In this document: piece after piece, positions 19,578 through 31,104 of the stretch
How positions within the stretch are numbered: position 1 is the stretch's first letter
Layout of the letters: each line of letters starts with the position of its first letter
Assembly: GCA_963796275.1 (NCBI GenBank)
Contig: CAWCKY010000007.1
Location: 896,001-960,000, forward strand
DNA from: an uncultured Acidobacteriota bacterium
Lineage (GTDB): Bacteria > Acidobacteriota > Blastocatellia > RBC074
Reading direction: 5' to 3'
DNA: 64,000 bases
The notes under the pieces: generated by a model
Told to the model about the DNA's origin: nothing
The model's input: the letters and a program-made list of their open reading frames with translations, nothing else
Database searches by the model: none
Translations under genes and position numbers: made by a program

Positions 19578-22500
19578 TCAGAAAGAAACTCTGAGAGCGA
19601 ACTGTATAATACGCGGGTTTCCCGCGCTTTCAATGCGGCCCAACCTTGTAGGCGTGTTGACCGTGGTAACGGGGTTGCTGAGAGTGGGCGTATTGAAAGC
19701 ATTAAATAGCTCAGTGCGGAACTGGAGCTTTATCCTCTCGGTGAGCGGGAATACTTTCATCAACCCCAAATCGAAATTGACGGAGCCGGGGCCGCGCATC
19801 AAGTTCCTCGGCGAGGTCCCGAAAGTGCCAAGAGCTGCCGGGACAAACGCTCCGGTATTGAAGTAGCGGTCGATTTTCTCCGACCGCGATCGGTCTCTAT
19901 CCAGGTATGGATCGCCCACCAGATCTGCGAACGACGAGCCCAGGCCGCTAAATGCTCGGTCCGTCCCCGATGAAATGGAAAATGGGAAGCCGCCGCGCAA
20001 CGTGGAAATCCCGCTGAACTGCCACCCGCCCAGCACGAGTCGCGCAATCGGTTTTTGCTGTCTCAAATCCGGTAGCGACCAGACGTGTGAGATTACCAGG
20101 CGATGGGTTATGTCGAAATCCGACACTCCACGGTTCAACCTGAGGTTTAAGGGGACAACCTGCGAGACATTCTGCGGTGTTGTGTCAGCTGAGGCTTCGT
20201 CGATTGACTTCGAGTACGTGTAGTTCACCTCGAATGAAAGGTTGTTGGTCACCCGCCGCTCAACCGAGACCTGCAGGCCGTGATAGCTCGCTGTGCTGTC
20301 AGAGTTGGTGGTCAGAATTGCGCTGAAGTCGTGGTATGGGCGCCGCTCCTGTATGTTGCTGGTGTCCGCTCCGGATGCGTGGCGCGCATAATTCAGATCA
20401 TCGGTGTAACTAAGGTGGCGACCGAGATTGCCGATATAGCTGAGGCGGGCTACCAGGTCACGCGCCACCTCGCGCTCCACCGTGATGTTGAAGGTCTCCT
20501 GATAGCTCGGCCGGAAATCAGGAGCGAAGGACCCGAATCTACCCAGCGGTGTGAAAAATTGAGAATCTCCGGGAGGTACAAAAGGAGCGAAGCTGGTGGG
20601 GAAGGGATTTCCGACATTGGCAAACGGGTCTTCGAAGCGTACGCCGAAGCGCGTCACCTGTGGGCTGAACGGAGCGGAATTTACGAAGCCATTGTAAAGG
20701 GAAGTGAACTGTGGATTCCAGAACAAACCAAAACCGCCCCGTATGACAGTGCGGCCATCCGGTACGCGCCAGGCGAATCCGAGGCGTGGCGCGAGCTGCT
20801 TCCAGTAAGGGGTGAAGCCACCCTTGGGGCATCCTGGATCGCCGGCATGGAGGTATCCTGCCGGACCGTTGGGGAAACGCTCGGATTTCGCGCCAGGCAC
20901 GAAGCATTGGGTTCGCCCCAGTTCATCGTGGAAGGGAAACATAGGGTCCCAGCGCAATCCAGGAGTGAGCGTGAGATTGGAGTTCACTCTCCAGGCATCC
21001 TGCACGAAAAAACCCCATCTGGTGCCGTAAAGCTCCTTATACTCACCGCCGCCCTGATCGAACTGGTACGCCTCGCCCAACATGAAATCAGCCAGCGCGT
21101 TGCCAGTGATGTTGCCGTTGAAATTGAACAACCCCCATGTGCGGAAGTGGTTTTTGATGTCGTTTTTCGAGCGTAGTATTTCGCCGCCAAGCTTAATTTC
21201 ATGGCTGCCGGTCATCCAAGTGACGCTGTCGGAGAGATGAATATCGTAGTCATGTTTATCATAGTTCCAGCCGGGCCGAGCAGAAAACGCGTTTGCGACA
21301 TTTATGTACAGGGATGGAGGGTCCTGGACTGCAATACCTTTGACGCCGGCCCGCGCGAAGTCGATAGGTAACTCGATTGAACTCCAGTCATATAAGGTGC
21401 GGCGCCACCGAAGCGCTACCGTGGCTGTATTTATCAATTGCGGGGAGATGGTGAAGATGTCGCTGATAGTGAGCAGATTATATGGTTGCGTCGTGCGTCC
21501 GACTTCATCTGCGAACATGGAAGACAGGTCATCGACCTTTCCGGTGAACGGCCGCTGAAAGCGCTGCCAGAAATATCGCGCTGACAGGCGATGATTCCCG
21601 AGATTTACGTCCACTTTGGCGGTTAATTCGTCTTCCCCGGTTTTCACGGGGACTCCCACGAATCGTTGACCGTCCGGAGTTCCAGGGTCTGGGATGTACT
21701 TTAAAAATGAGAGAGTCACCGGATTGAGCCGTTGTTCAGGTATCTGGTTGTCCGGGAACTGACTATTGGTTAGTGGATCGATGATAGGGTCAAAGCCGCT
21801 GAAATCGCCGCGGCGCATGGCGGCGGTTGGCAGGAACTGTCGGTTCAGTTGTGGGTCGCTCCTCGTTATGGTTCGTTGATACGAGCCGAAGAAGAATAGG
21901 CGATCTTTGCGGATGGGGCCGCCGAGGGTACCGCCGAACTGCGAACGCTTAAGCGAGTCTCGTCGTGCAGCGAAGAAATTTCGCGCATTGAAAGCACCAT
22001 TACGCAGGAACTCGAAGGCCGAGCCGTGGAATTCGTTGGTGCCGGACTTAGTTACCACACTCACCACTGCGCCTGTCGCGTTCGCAAACTCGGCGCTGAA
22101 GTTGCTCTTCTGTATGCTAAACTCCTGAACTGCATCGGGGTTGGGGAACACGCCGCTGTAGTTGCGATAGGAGTCCGTATTCATCCCGCCATCCAGCAGG
22201 AAGTACACGCCGCTTTGCCGGCTGCCATTAACTACGAAGGCATCTCCCTCTGTGGTACCTGAAGCGCGCTGAATGACACTGGCTTGAATGGCCATGAGCT
22301 GTGTAATTTGGCGGCCATTGAGAGGGAGGTCGGCGATGCGCTGTTGATCCACCAGCCCGCGGATGGTGCCGGTCTGGGTTTCCAGCAGAGACGCTGCGCC
22401 AGTTATCTGTACTGTCTCGCTTGCCGTCCCGATTTCGAGCTTGAAATCCAGGCGGGCCACCTGGTCGACCTGCAATGTGATCCCGGACCTGCTGATCGGC

Positions 22501-22757
22501 TTGAATCCTGGTTTCTGTATGGTGATCTGATAATTGCCTGGAGGAAGCAGGGGGATCGAGTAATATCCGGTCTCATTGCTGACGCTCTCGACTTTCAAAC
22601 CGGTGCCATGGTTGGTTGCAATTACCACAGTACCCGGTACGACCGCCCCTTCAGGATCGCTGACCTGGCCAATTATTTGCGCCGTTTGACCGTACGCCGC
22701 ATGGCTGGAACAACAGAACAGCAGAGCACAAAGCGAGATGAATTGAATCTGCTTCAT
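19578..22757 (-). CDS. TonB-dependent receptor, Oar-like
   Basis: Start reassigned to MKQIQF (AGGAGG RBS); LPLNGR, KSGTNEFHGSAFEFLRN, APRLGFAW; C-terminus PRIIQFALRVSF. Confidence 0.93.
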   Translation of the reverse strand: MKQIQFISLCALLFCCSSHAAYGQTAQIIGQVSDPEGAVVPGTVVIATNHGTGLKVESVSNETGYYSIPLLPPGNYQITIQKPGFKPISRSGITLQVDQVARLDFKLEIGTASETVQITGAASLLETQTGTIRGLVDQQRIADLPLNGRQITQLMAIQASVIQRASGTTEGDAFVVNGSRQSGVYFLLDGGMNTDSYRNYSGVFPNPDAVQEFSIQKSNFSAEFANATGAVVSVVTKSGTNEFHGSAFEFLRNGAFNARNFFAARRDSLKRSQFGGTLGGPIRKDRLFFFGSYQRTITRSDPQLNRQFLPTAAMRRGDFSGFDPIIDPLTNSQFPDNQIPEQRLNPVTLSFLKYIPDPGTPDGQRFVGVPVKTGEDELTAKVDVNLGNHRLSARYFWQRFQRPFTGKVDDLSSMFADEVGRTTQPYNLLTISDIFTISPQLINTATVALRWRRTLYDWSSIELPIDFARAGVKGIAVQDPPSLYINVANAFSARPGWNYDKHDYDIHLSDSVTWMTGSHEIKLGGEILRSKNDIKNHFRTWGLFNFNGNITGNALADFMLGEAYQFDQGGGEYKELYGTRWGFFVQDAWRVNSNLTLTPGLRWDPMFPFHDELGRTQCFVPGAKSERFPNGPAGYLHAGDPGCPKGGFTPYWKQLAPRLGFAWRVPDGRTVIRGGFGLFWNPQFTSLYNGFVNSAPFSPQVTRFGVRFEDPFANVGNPFPTSFAPFVPPGDSQFFTPLGRFGSFAPDFRPSYQETFNITVEREVARDLVARLSYIGNLGRHLSYTDDLNYARHASGADTSNIQERRPYHDFSAILTTNSDSTASYHGLQVSVERRVTNNLSFEVNYTYSKSIDEASADTTPQNVSQVVPLNLRLNRGVSDFDITHRLVISHVWSLPDLRQQKPIARLVLGGWQFSGISTLRGGFPFSISSGTDRAFSGLGSSFADLVGDPYLDRDRSRSEKIDRYFNTGAFVPAALGTFGTSPRNLMRGPGSVNFDLGLMKVFPLTERIKLQFRTELFNAFNTPTLSNPVTTVNTPTRLGRIESAGNPRIIQFALRVSF

Positions 22758-22990
22758 CGGGCCTCCTGTATTCGGTTGGATTGTAAGGTCTATGTCGTGC
22801 GCCAACTTTGAGCGCCTGAGTAGTTTAGTGTCTGTATTCCTCAAGCATGTCTTATCCGAGTGTGAAATGTAAATACCAGGAGATATGACAAGCTCTATGA
22901 GGTTGAATACTCTTGATTGAATTGTGTTGTTATTGCTGGATTAATTGTAACTCGTACAGCCGCTGGCGTTCTGTGTTTAGAGTTAACCGA

Positions 22991-23002
22991 TTATCGGACT
23001 CA
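22991..23002 (-). other. XerC-arm-like half site TGAGTCCGATAA
   Basis: Intergenic; 11/12 identical to the arm at 23416-23427. Confidence 0.35.
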
Positions 23003-23398
23003 GGTTCACTCTAATTCTGAATGTTCGGTAAATTTCCTTCTGCTATCTCGCATCTCACGGAATAAAAGACGGAATAGAAGAGAGAAAGGATTGAGAAAGA
23101 AGGATCGAAGTGATATTAAGTGTGCAGACCGTGTGCGTATTGTCGCAAAAACAAAGCACGCGGTAATGCCTCTGAAAAATGCCCCAAAATGCCCCTTGAA
23201 AAGACAGACCGCTTGCTTGACTAAAATCATTGATAGAGACTCGGCGTCGCTCTACTTTGTATTGACGTTTGACTGCAAGGTCGGCCTGACCATATTTTAT
23301 CCCCAAAATTTTCACTCTTAAGGCCCCCTTAATCTTTTGCGAAATGGGGGTTGTGAAGCGCGGAAGACTGCAATCTTCTAATCTTCATGTCTGTACAC

Positions 23399-23426
23399 TT
23401 GCTACATAATATGTATTATCGGACGC
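23399..23426 (-). other. dif-like XerC/XerD recombination site
   Basis: Minus strand GCGTCCGATAA-TACATA-TTATGTAGCAA. 11-6-11 layout with the ATAA-N6-TTATGT core of E. coli dif (GGTGCGCATAA-TGTATA-TTATGTTAAAT); lies in an AT-rich intergenic region. Confidence 0.65.
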
Positions 23427-23578
23427 AGTCTCTATAATTGAGTTATATAAAAAGAACGACATGTTTCTCTAATTTCTGCACCATTAAGCGAATGTGTTTC
23501 ACATTTGGCTCGAACCACCAAATTTTCTTGCCCCACTTAATCAATTGTTCCCCTGCCCTTTCAGGAGGAGATAGGCTA

Positions 23579-26500
23579 ATGAACCAACCAATAATCCAAA
23601 TAAAAAAAATTCTCACGATATCCCTATTCTTATTCTTAATAATGCTTCCGGCAGTCGTATTCGGTCAGCAGGCTTCTTCCATAGTTGGAGTGGTCACAGA
23701 TCGCAATGGCGCAGCTATCAGGGGCGCGGATGTCAAACTGATCGACACCAAAACGGCTAAGGAGCGCACGACGAAGACTAATGATCAAGGGATATATGCG
23801 TTCCATAAGATGGCGCCGGGAACCGGTTACGTTCTCGAATTTTCGGCGCAGGGCTTCGACACCGTGGTGATTAAAAATCTCGCGCTCGGGGTTGGATTGA
23901 CGGAGACGCAGCACGCGGAATTACCCGTTGGGCAAGTAACCAACACGGCGGAGGTGACGGCTTCTGGCGGCGCAACGTTGAATACCACCGACGCCAGTCT
24001 CGGCAATGTCATCGATCCTCGCAGACTGCATGAGCTTCCGATTCAAATTCGCGAATCGCCGGCTGCGCTCCTGGGACTTCAACCCGGCGTCGTCGGGTCA
24101 AACTTGGGGACCGGGCCCGTAGGTAGCGCTGGTTCGCTGAATACATTAGGCTCCGTCACGGGGGCTCGCGCGGACCAGGGAAATATCACTACTGATGGAA
24201 TCGATGCCAATGATCAAGCTGTCGGACAAGCATTTATTACGGTCGGCAATGCCCCCATCGACGCGATTCAGGAATTCCGAACCATTTCAGCGAATCCCGG
24301 TGCGGCTGATGGCCGCAGCAGCGGCGCACAGATTTTTCTTGTGACGAAAAGCGGTACGAACCAATTTCACGGATCGCTGCGCGAATACAATCGTACGGCG
24401 GCGACTGCAGCCAACAGTTTCTTCAACAACAGGACCATCGATCCACTAACCGGCCAAAGTATCCCGAAGCCTCAATTGACCCGCAATCAGTTTGGCGGCA
24501 ACCTTGGAGGCCCGGTTTATCTGCCGGGTTTTAATGGCAAAGACAAGCTCTTCTTCTTCTTTGATTATGAAGGCCGGCGCGATGCTCAGGGGGTACCCTC
24601 CTTACGCACTGTACCTCTCAATAGTTTCAGGAGTGGTAATTTGGCCTACATCAATAACGCGGGAGGCATCTCCGTTCTGTCGCCGGCTCAGGTTGCGGCT
24701 CTTGATCCGCAGGGGGTCGGATCGAATCAAGCGCTCCTAGGCTTTATCAACAGCCGCTATCCACAGGCGAATGATTTGACTTCAGGCGATGGAATCAACA
24801 CGGGCGGCTTCCGTTTCAATTCGCCATCACGGAGGACAGCCAATACCTACACATCGCGCATCGATCTGGAAGCGGCGGAGAATCAGAAAATCTTCGGACG
24901 TTTCAATATTGTGCGAACACGTTTGACAGATACGGGGAATTCGGTGGCTCAGCAATTTCCAGGAGATCCTGAAAGCGCACAGGTCGTCTTGAGAGACGCT
25001 TCGTTTTCTGGCGGGCATACCTGGAACATCAGTTCGTCTCTCGCGAACCAGGTGACAGTCGGAGTGACGCGTGCGTCGTTTGGTACTCTCGCTCCGTTCG
25101 CACCGACATCTCCCAATATCTTTGGAACTCCGGCACCTATTAGCGGGGGGACATTTGGTGGAGCTTTTGCCATCGCCGCACCTTTCCCGACTATAGGTAC
25201 AAATAATCGACATATCCCGTGCCAACGTTTCGTGATGATCTGAACTGGCGCAAAGGATCGCATGACATGACATTCGGCGTCTCCGTCAAACCGATTCGCT
25301 CGAGATCTGGCCTGGTGAATGATTTCAATTTCTTGGATCTCGGTCTCGGCGGTAATCTACTTGGGCTCAACGCCGCTCTTCGGCCTGCGGATATTGGCGG
25401 CAACGCTTTAGCAACCTCGAGTTATGATGCCGCGCTCCCTTTCCTGTTGGGACGTTACTCGGGAGCAACGACCTTCTTCAATTATGATGCGGCTGGCAAT
25501 GTCTTCCCGCTTGGAACCGGAAAGAGCCGCGATTTCCGCTACAACGAATATGAAGCTTATGCTCAGGACAGCTGGCGCTTGCGCAATGATCTGACGATAA
25601 CTTATGGCTTGCGATATCAATACTACCCTGCCCCTTACGAGGCTAACGGGTTTCAATCGGGTAGTAATGTGGATCTTCAAACCCTGCTGGCCGCCAGGAT
25701 GCAGAATGCTGCTGCCGGAATCAGCAGTAATACGTCCGAGCCTCTGCTCACTTATAATCTGATCGGCGAGGCTAATAATGGTCGGGCATACTATGCGCCG
25801 GATCGAAACAACTTCGCTCCGCGATTTAACATCGCATGGAATCCTGCATACAACAATGGGCTCTTAGGCAAAGTCCTGGGTGACCGGAAGACTGTGATCC
25901 GGGCTGGTGGAGCCGTCGTCTATGATCGTACGTCCGGAGCACTTACGTTCTTTCAGGATCAATTATCCTATCTGTTTGACAGCATGTCATCAACGTTGTT
26001 CGGAGCGGCTGATGCAAATGCAAGCTTATTGAACGATCCACGATTCACCGGCATAGGCGCTTTACCTATACAGAATATTGCGCCTACTATTACACGCCCC
26101 AATACCCCTAATGTGTCCCCCGCCGGAGTTCCGATCGGAACTTCGATCGGAGCGACCAACTATGTCTTGGATCCCGCGTACAGAACCCCTTATTCGATCG
26201 CGTATAACTTTGGCTTCCAACGCGAATTGCCTCGCAATTTCCTCCTCGAGATGTCGTATGTCGGGCGGCAGGCGCGCAGGCTATTCTCTATTGCGGATGC
26301 CGCGCAGATCATGGATTTCCAAGATACCGCTTCGGGGCAGTTTATGTTGGCTGCATTCAATGGGTTACAAGCTCAGCTTCAAGCTGGAATAGCGCCGGCG
26401 GCCGTTACTCCACAACCTTGGTTCGAGAATCAGATGAACGCAGCGCTTGGGGCAGCCGTTCCAGGTCTGACATGCGCCGCAGCCTTGGGTACACCAAACT

Positions 26501-27414
26501 GCACATCTTTTGTCGCTACAGCTGCACCGACTTTGGTTCAGACTGGCAGTACTACCCCTGTTGTCCAGGGCCTCAATTCTCTGGGCTTGCTTAATCCCAA
26601 TGTTGGACTGAGCGGACAGTTCGTGGCGAATGGCTACGTCACTAACCTCGCATCATCGAGCTACAACGGTATGCTGGTCAGCCTGAGGAAGCGGTTCACG
26701 CAAGGTCTCCAGTTCGATTTCAACTATACCCTCTCACATTCGGTCGACAATCAATCGAGCATCTCGAATACGGCGATAGGCGCTTTGATCTGTGACTCCC
26801 GTAATCTTCGTGCCTGCCGTGGGAATTCGGATTTCGACATTCGGCATTTAATCAATGTCAATGGCATCTATGAGCTTCCCTTCGGCCGTGGAAGGAGTAT
26901 CGGCGGGAATACTCGTGGTATCGTGAATACCTTGATCGGTGGTTGGCAGGTGGGCGGCATCTTCACCTATCGTAGTGGATTGCCCTTCAACGCAACTACC
27001 GGTGTATTTCCGGTAAGCATAGTCAGTGAGAGTGCAGCGGTGCTTAACAGCACTGACCTCAGTGCGCTGAAACAGCAGATAAACGACGCTCCCGATGGCA
27101 GCATTCAATTCTTCGGTAATCAAGCGGGGGCGGCCTCTGCCTTGACTTACCCGCAACACGGAGTAGCTTCTGGCAACCGGAACGTCTTACGCGGTCCGGG
27201 CTTCTGGAATGTGGATACGTCCGTTCTGAAGAATTTCAGTCTGCCGTGGTCTGAGTCGCAACGGCTGCAATTCAGGTGGGAGTCGTATAATGCATTCAAC
27301 CACAATTCATTTAACCTGCCGAATACTAACTTCAGCTCAGCTCTTTTCGGACAGATCACTAGCAGCGCAACTACGCCGCGTGAAATGCAATTCGCGTTGC
27401 GTTTCGAGTTCTAG
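23579..27414 (+). CDS. TonB-dependent receptor, Oar-like, split by one frameshift near 25217
   Basis: AGGAGG RBS before MNQPII; KSGTNQFHGS; NNFAPRFNIAW; C-terminus PREMQFALRFEF. Adding one C to ATCCCGTG joins the two ORFs (HIPVPTFRDD). Confidence 0.88.
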
Positions 27415-27441
27415 TTAAATCAACCCGAACGGAATGTTAAG

Positions 27442-27476
27442 TGGGCTTCCCTGTTCAATCCGGGAAGCCCATTTTT
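27442..27476 (+). terminator. Rho-independent terminator
   Basis: TGGGCTTCCC-10 nt-GGGAAGCCCA-TTTTT, about 28 nt after the TBDR stop. Confidence 0.85.
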
Positions 27477-27513
27477 ATTGCAATAGGTCATCGATTCCTG
27501 GATTAGACGTCCC

Positions 27514-27612
27514 ACTGTGAAACGTCGTGAAACTCGGTTTTAACTCCTTTGGGATGGAGAGTTTCGAGGTGGACTCGGGACAAAAAACTTGAACTGTGAA
27601 ACACCGTGAAAC
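27514..27612 (+). repeat. Two pairs of GTGAAAC direct repeats with 10-bp period
   Basis: ACTGTGAAACGTCGTGAAAC (27514-27533) and ACTGTGAAACACCGTGAAAC (27593-27612). Confidence 0.7.
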
Positions 27613-27830
27613 GGCGGCCTTCGGCGCATTTAATTGACAGTTTTCGCTATCTACCTATGGACATTCCAATGAGGGAGGAGTATCTTCTTTGGCATGTCCA
27701 AATGGAAAATTAAGGAGACATCAGAAGCGTACGCTTGACCGGGCATGGCATCGCCCGCGGGATAGAGCAAGTGCGCGAGCAGGTGTGCAGAATCGGACAT
27801 CAGTTGAGACTGTCGGAACAAGGAGTGGAG

Positions 27831-30560
27831 ATGATTCACTATTTGCGTGACTTGGCGGCGAGGTTTCGGAAATTGTTCGGAGCTCGCAGAGCGGATCGAG
27901 AGCTCGACGATGAGATCGAGGCGCACTTGCGTCAACTGACTGATCGATATGTTCGCCAGGGGATGAGTGAGGTCGATGCCGCTTGTGCCGCCCGCCGCCA
28001 GTTTGGAAACGTGACATTGTTACACGAGGTGAATCGCGAGATGCGTGGGATCAGGTTTATCGAGACACTCTTTCAGGATTTGCGATTCGGCGTGCGGATG
28101 CTATCGAAGAATCGGGTGGTCACATTGATTGCCTTGCTCTCGTTGGCGCTGGGCATAGGCGCGAACGTCGCGGTGTTCAGCGTCATCAACGCGGTCATGC
28201 TGAAAATGTTGCCGGTGCGCGAACCGGAGCGGCTAGTCGAATTTCTGAGCCAGTACCCTGGGGAACCTGCTCTTAATGCCTTCTCGCGCCCCAGCTACGA
28301 TCACTTTAGGGACAACAACCGTACCTTAGCCGGAATCACCGGTGTCGCGAGTACGCGCTTCAGCGTGAAGTCCGATGGCGCGGAGCCGGAACTCGTCGAA
28401 GGCGAATATGTGATCGGGAATTTCTTTCAGCTCCTCGGATTGAAGCCGGCGCTGGGCCGCCTGATCGAACCAGACGACGACCGCCACGGAACCAATGCCT
28501 TCGCGGCCGTGATCAGCTGGCCCTACTGGAAACGCCGATTCAACCTGGACCCAGGGGTCGTTGGCCGCACCATCGCGCTCGACAACGCCATCCTGACGAT
28601 CGTAGGGGTCTCTCCCCTCACCTTCTCGGGTCTGAGGGTCGGGGAGCAGCCGGACATCTGGACGCCCTCGGCGGCCTATCCCGCCATAAATCCCTCGAAC
28701 CAACAAGGGCTCGGAGGGTTCGGAGCCTTTCAACTGGTAGGCCGGCTGGCGTCCGGAACCAGCCTGGAACAGGCCCGCTCGGAGTTTGCCATCCTGTTCG
28801 CATGGACGTTGCAGGAGAGAGTGCAGAACAGTAAGGATCCGCAGGTGCGCAAGCTCACGTTCGAGGTGCGGCCCGCGGGATCGGGTCTGTCCACCGGCCT
28901 TCGGGATCGCTGGGGGAAATCGCTTGTGGTGACCCTGGCTGTCGTCGCCCTCCTGCTGATGCTGGCATGCACGAACGTCGCCAGCATGCTGCTCGCGCGG
29001 GCCGTCGCGCGCCGGCGCGAGATGTCGATGCGACTTTCCTTGGGAGCGGGGCGAGGGCGTCTGGCGCGCCAGCTTCTCACCGAAGCGCTGTTGTTGGCCT
29101 CGATCGGGGGCTTGCTCGGCATTGGGGTGGCCTGGGCAGGAAGCAAGGCGCTGGTGAATATGATCAGTTCCGGACCACCGCTCATTGGGATGTCCGGTCC
29201 GCTCGAGATTCATGGGATGTCCGGTCCGCTCGAGATTCATGTGACGCAGGACCTCAACCTCCTCCTGTTCACGTTCGGCGTCTCTCTCCTGACTGGTCTG
29301 ATGTTCGGGCTCGCGCCGGCCTGGACGGTCTTCAAATCGGTCTCGGTCGCGTCGCTGCGCGAGAGCGGCAGGGTCACCGAGTCGAAACTGAGTCGCACTT
29401 TCGGCAAGACTCTGGTGGTCATGCAGGTGACCTTGTCGGTGGTACTGATGAGTTCGGCAGCGCTGTTCGTCGGGCACATGCTGCGCTTGCGGGGACAGGA
29501 GACGACCGGCTTCAGACGCGACAATATCCTCATTGTCCGGCTGGATCCGTCGCGAAGCGGGTACAATCCGGAACGCTTATCCCGCGCCTATGAGGACATC
29601 CTCGACCGTCTTCAGCAATCCCGACTCGTGCGTTCTGCCAGCATTGCGGCACCGACCCCGGTCGAGGGAAGCGCTGCGCCGCGCTTCGTCACCGTGCCAG
29701 GGTTCGACGAACGCCCGGAAGACCGGCGTTATATCAGCCTAGCATGGGTAGCGCCGCGATACTTCGACACGCTCGGCATTCACCTGTTCGCCGGGCGCGA
29801 CTTCCGCCGCGAGGACCGGAGCGGACCTCGCATCGCGATCATCAACCAGGCGATGGAGCGGTATTACTTCCTAAACCGGGCGGCGATCGGGCAGTACATA
29901 CGCTTCGATAACGACAACAGACCCTATGAAATCGTCGGAGTGGTGTCCGACGCGAAGTACTCGAGCATTCGGGAGGTGCCGCCGCGAACCGTGTATCTCA
30001 ACACCTTCCAGGCGCGGCAACCGGTAGGGGATTTCATCATTTACACCGGGAAATCCCCATACGCTGCGGCTCCGGAGGTGCGACAGGCGATCAACGATGT
30101 ACTCCGGACCGTACCCGTGTCCCGAATCACGTCGCTTTCGGATCAGGTGGATGCGTCCCTGATTGTCGAACGCGTCATCGCATCCTTGTCCGGGGTCTTC
30201 GCCGGTATAGGTTGCCTACTGGTGGGGTTGGGGGTATACGGATTATTAGCCTATACGACCGCGCGCCGTATTCATGAGATCGGCGTGCGCATGGCGCTGG
30301 GCGCAACGCGAGCGACCGTGGCGCGGATGGTCATCCTAGAAGCGCTCACCCTGACGATCCTGGGCCTGATCTTCGGCTGCGCCATTGCCTTCTGGAGTAA
30401 GCGCTACATCACGGCACTCGTACCTGATCTGCCTACCATCCAGGCGGCGCCCCTCATGTTCGGAGTATTCGCAACCATCGCTGTAGCGCTGATTGCGGTC
30501 GCTCTGCCCGCGTACCGAGCAGCGAGAGTAGATCCGATGACAGCGCTGCGCTACGAATGA
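27831..30560 (+). CDS. ADOP-family (acidobacterial duplicated orphan) ABC permease, MacB/FtsX-like
   Basis: ELDDEIEAHL...AARRQFGN...QDLRFGVRML; ACTNVASMLLAR; RIHEIGVRMALGA; C-terminus VDPMTALRYE. Start reassigned to MIHYL after an AGGAG/GGAG RBS. Confidence 0.92.
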   Translation: MIHYLRDLAARFRKLFGARRADRELDDEIEAHLRQLTDRYVRQGMSEVDAACAARRQFGNVTLLHEVNREMRGIRFIETLFQDLRFGVRMLSKNRVVTLIALLSLALGIGANVAVFSVINAVMLKMLPVREPERLVEFLSQYPGEPALNAFSRPSYDHFRDNNRTLAGITGVASTRFSVKSDGAEPELVEGEYVIGNFFQLLGLKPALGRLIEPDDDRHGTNAFAAVISWPYWKRRFNLDPGVVGRTIALDNAILTIVGVSPLTFSGLRVGEQPDIWTPSAAYPAINPSNQQGLGGFGAFQLVGRLASGTSLEQARSEFAILFAWTLQERVQNSKDPQVRKLTFEVRPAGSGLSTGLRDRWGKSLVVTLAVVALLLMLACTNVASMLLARAVARRREMSMRLSLGAGRGRLARQLLTEALLLASIGGLLGIGVAWAGSKALVNMISSGPPLIGMSGPLEIHGMSGPLEIHVTQDLNLLLFTFGVSLLTGLMFGLAPAWTVFKSVSVASLRESGRVTESKLSRTFGKTLVVMQVTLSVVLMSSAALFVGHMLRLRGQETTGFRRDNILIVRLDPSRSGYNPERLSRAYEDILDRLQQSRLVRSASIAAPTPVEGSAAPRFVTVPGFDERPEDRRYISLAWVAPRYFDTLGIHLFAGRDFRREDRSGPRIAIINQAMERYYFLNRAAIGQYIRFDNDNRPYEIVGVVSDAKYSSIREVPPRTVYLNTFQARQPVGDFIIYTGKSPYAAAPEVRQAINDVLRTVPVSRITSLSDQVDASLIVERVIASLSGVFAGIGCLLVGLGVYGLLAYTTARRIHEIGVRMALGATRATVARMVILEALTLTILGLIFGCAIAFWSKRYITALVPDLPTIQAAPLMFGVFATIAVALIAVALPAYRAARVDPMTALRYE
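29187..29240 (+). repeat. Perfect in-frame 27-bp tandem duplication in the permease gene
   Basis: GGGATGTCCGGTCCGCTCGAGATTCAT twice (GMSGPLEIH twice). Confidence 0.92.
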
Positions 30561-30711
30561 GTGCGATCCACTTTATGATTGTTTTTTGTTAAAGACTCGT
30601 TCTCGTTGAAGTAACTTTTCTGAAAATTTCTCCCGGTGCGGCCATAACCCCAATGAGCAGTTTTGACTTTTAGGGGTAAGGAATCTTTGCTACAGTAGAT
30701 ACAGAATATTT

Positions 30712-31104
30712 ATGCCCTACAACTATTTATCAGCGGAGGAAGAGCAAGTCATCGTCCATAAGGGCACGGAAAGGCCGTTTGCGGGCGAGTACGACAAGCA
30801 TTTCTCTCCCGGCACATTTATTTGCCGGCGCTGCAACAATCCGCTTTATTCGGCGGAGGCTAAATTTAATGCCGGCTGCGGCTGGCCGAGTTTTGACGAA
30901 GAATACCCCGATAGCGTGGAGCGTCACGTAGATGCGGACGGACGACGCATCGAACTCACTTGCGCTCATTGCCAGGCCCACTTAGGCCACGTCTTCGAGG
31001 GCGAAGGCTTTACCGACAAAGACACACGCCACTGTGTTAACTCCCTCTCCATTCGATTCATTCCCGAAGACAAAGAACTGCCGCCCGTGCTAGACGCTGA
31101 CTGA
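30712..31104 (+). CDS. msrB: Peptide-methionine (R)-S-oxide reductase
   Basis: GTERPF, two CxxC zinc motifs, GCGWPSF, HLGHVF, RHCVNS. Confidence 0.96.
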   Translation: MPYNYLSAEEEQVIVHKGTERPFAGEYDKHFSPGTFICRRCNNPLYSAEAKFNAGCGWPSFDEEYPDSVERHVDADGRRIELTCAHCQAHLGHVFEGEGFTDKDTRHCVNSLSIRFIPEDKELPPVLDAD

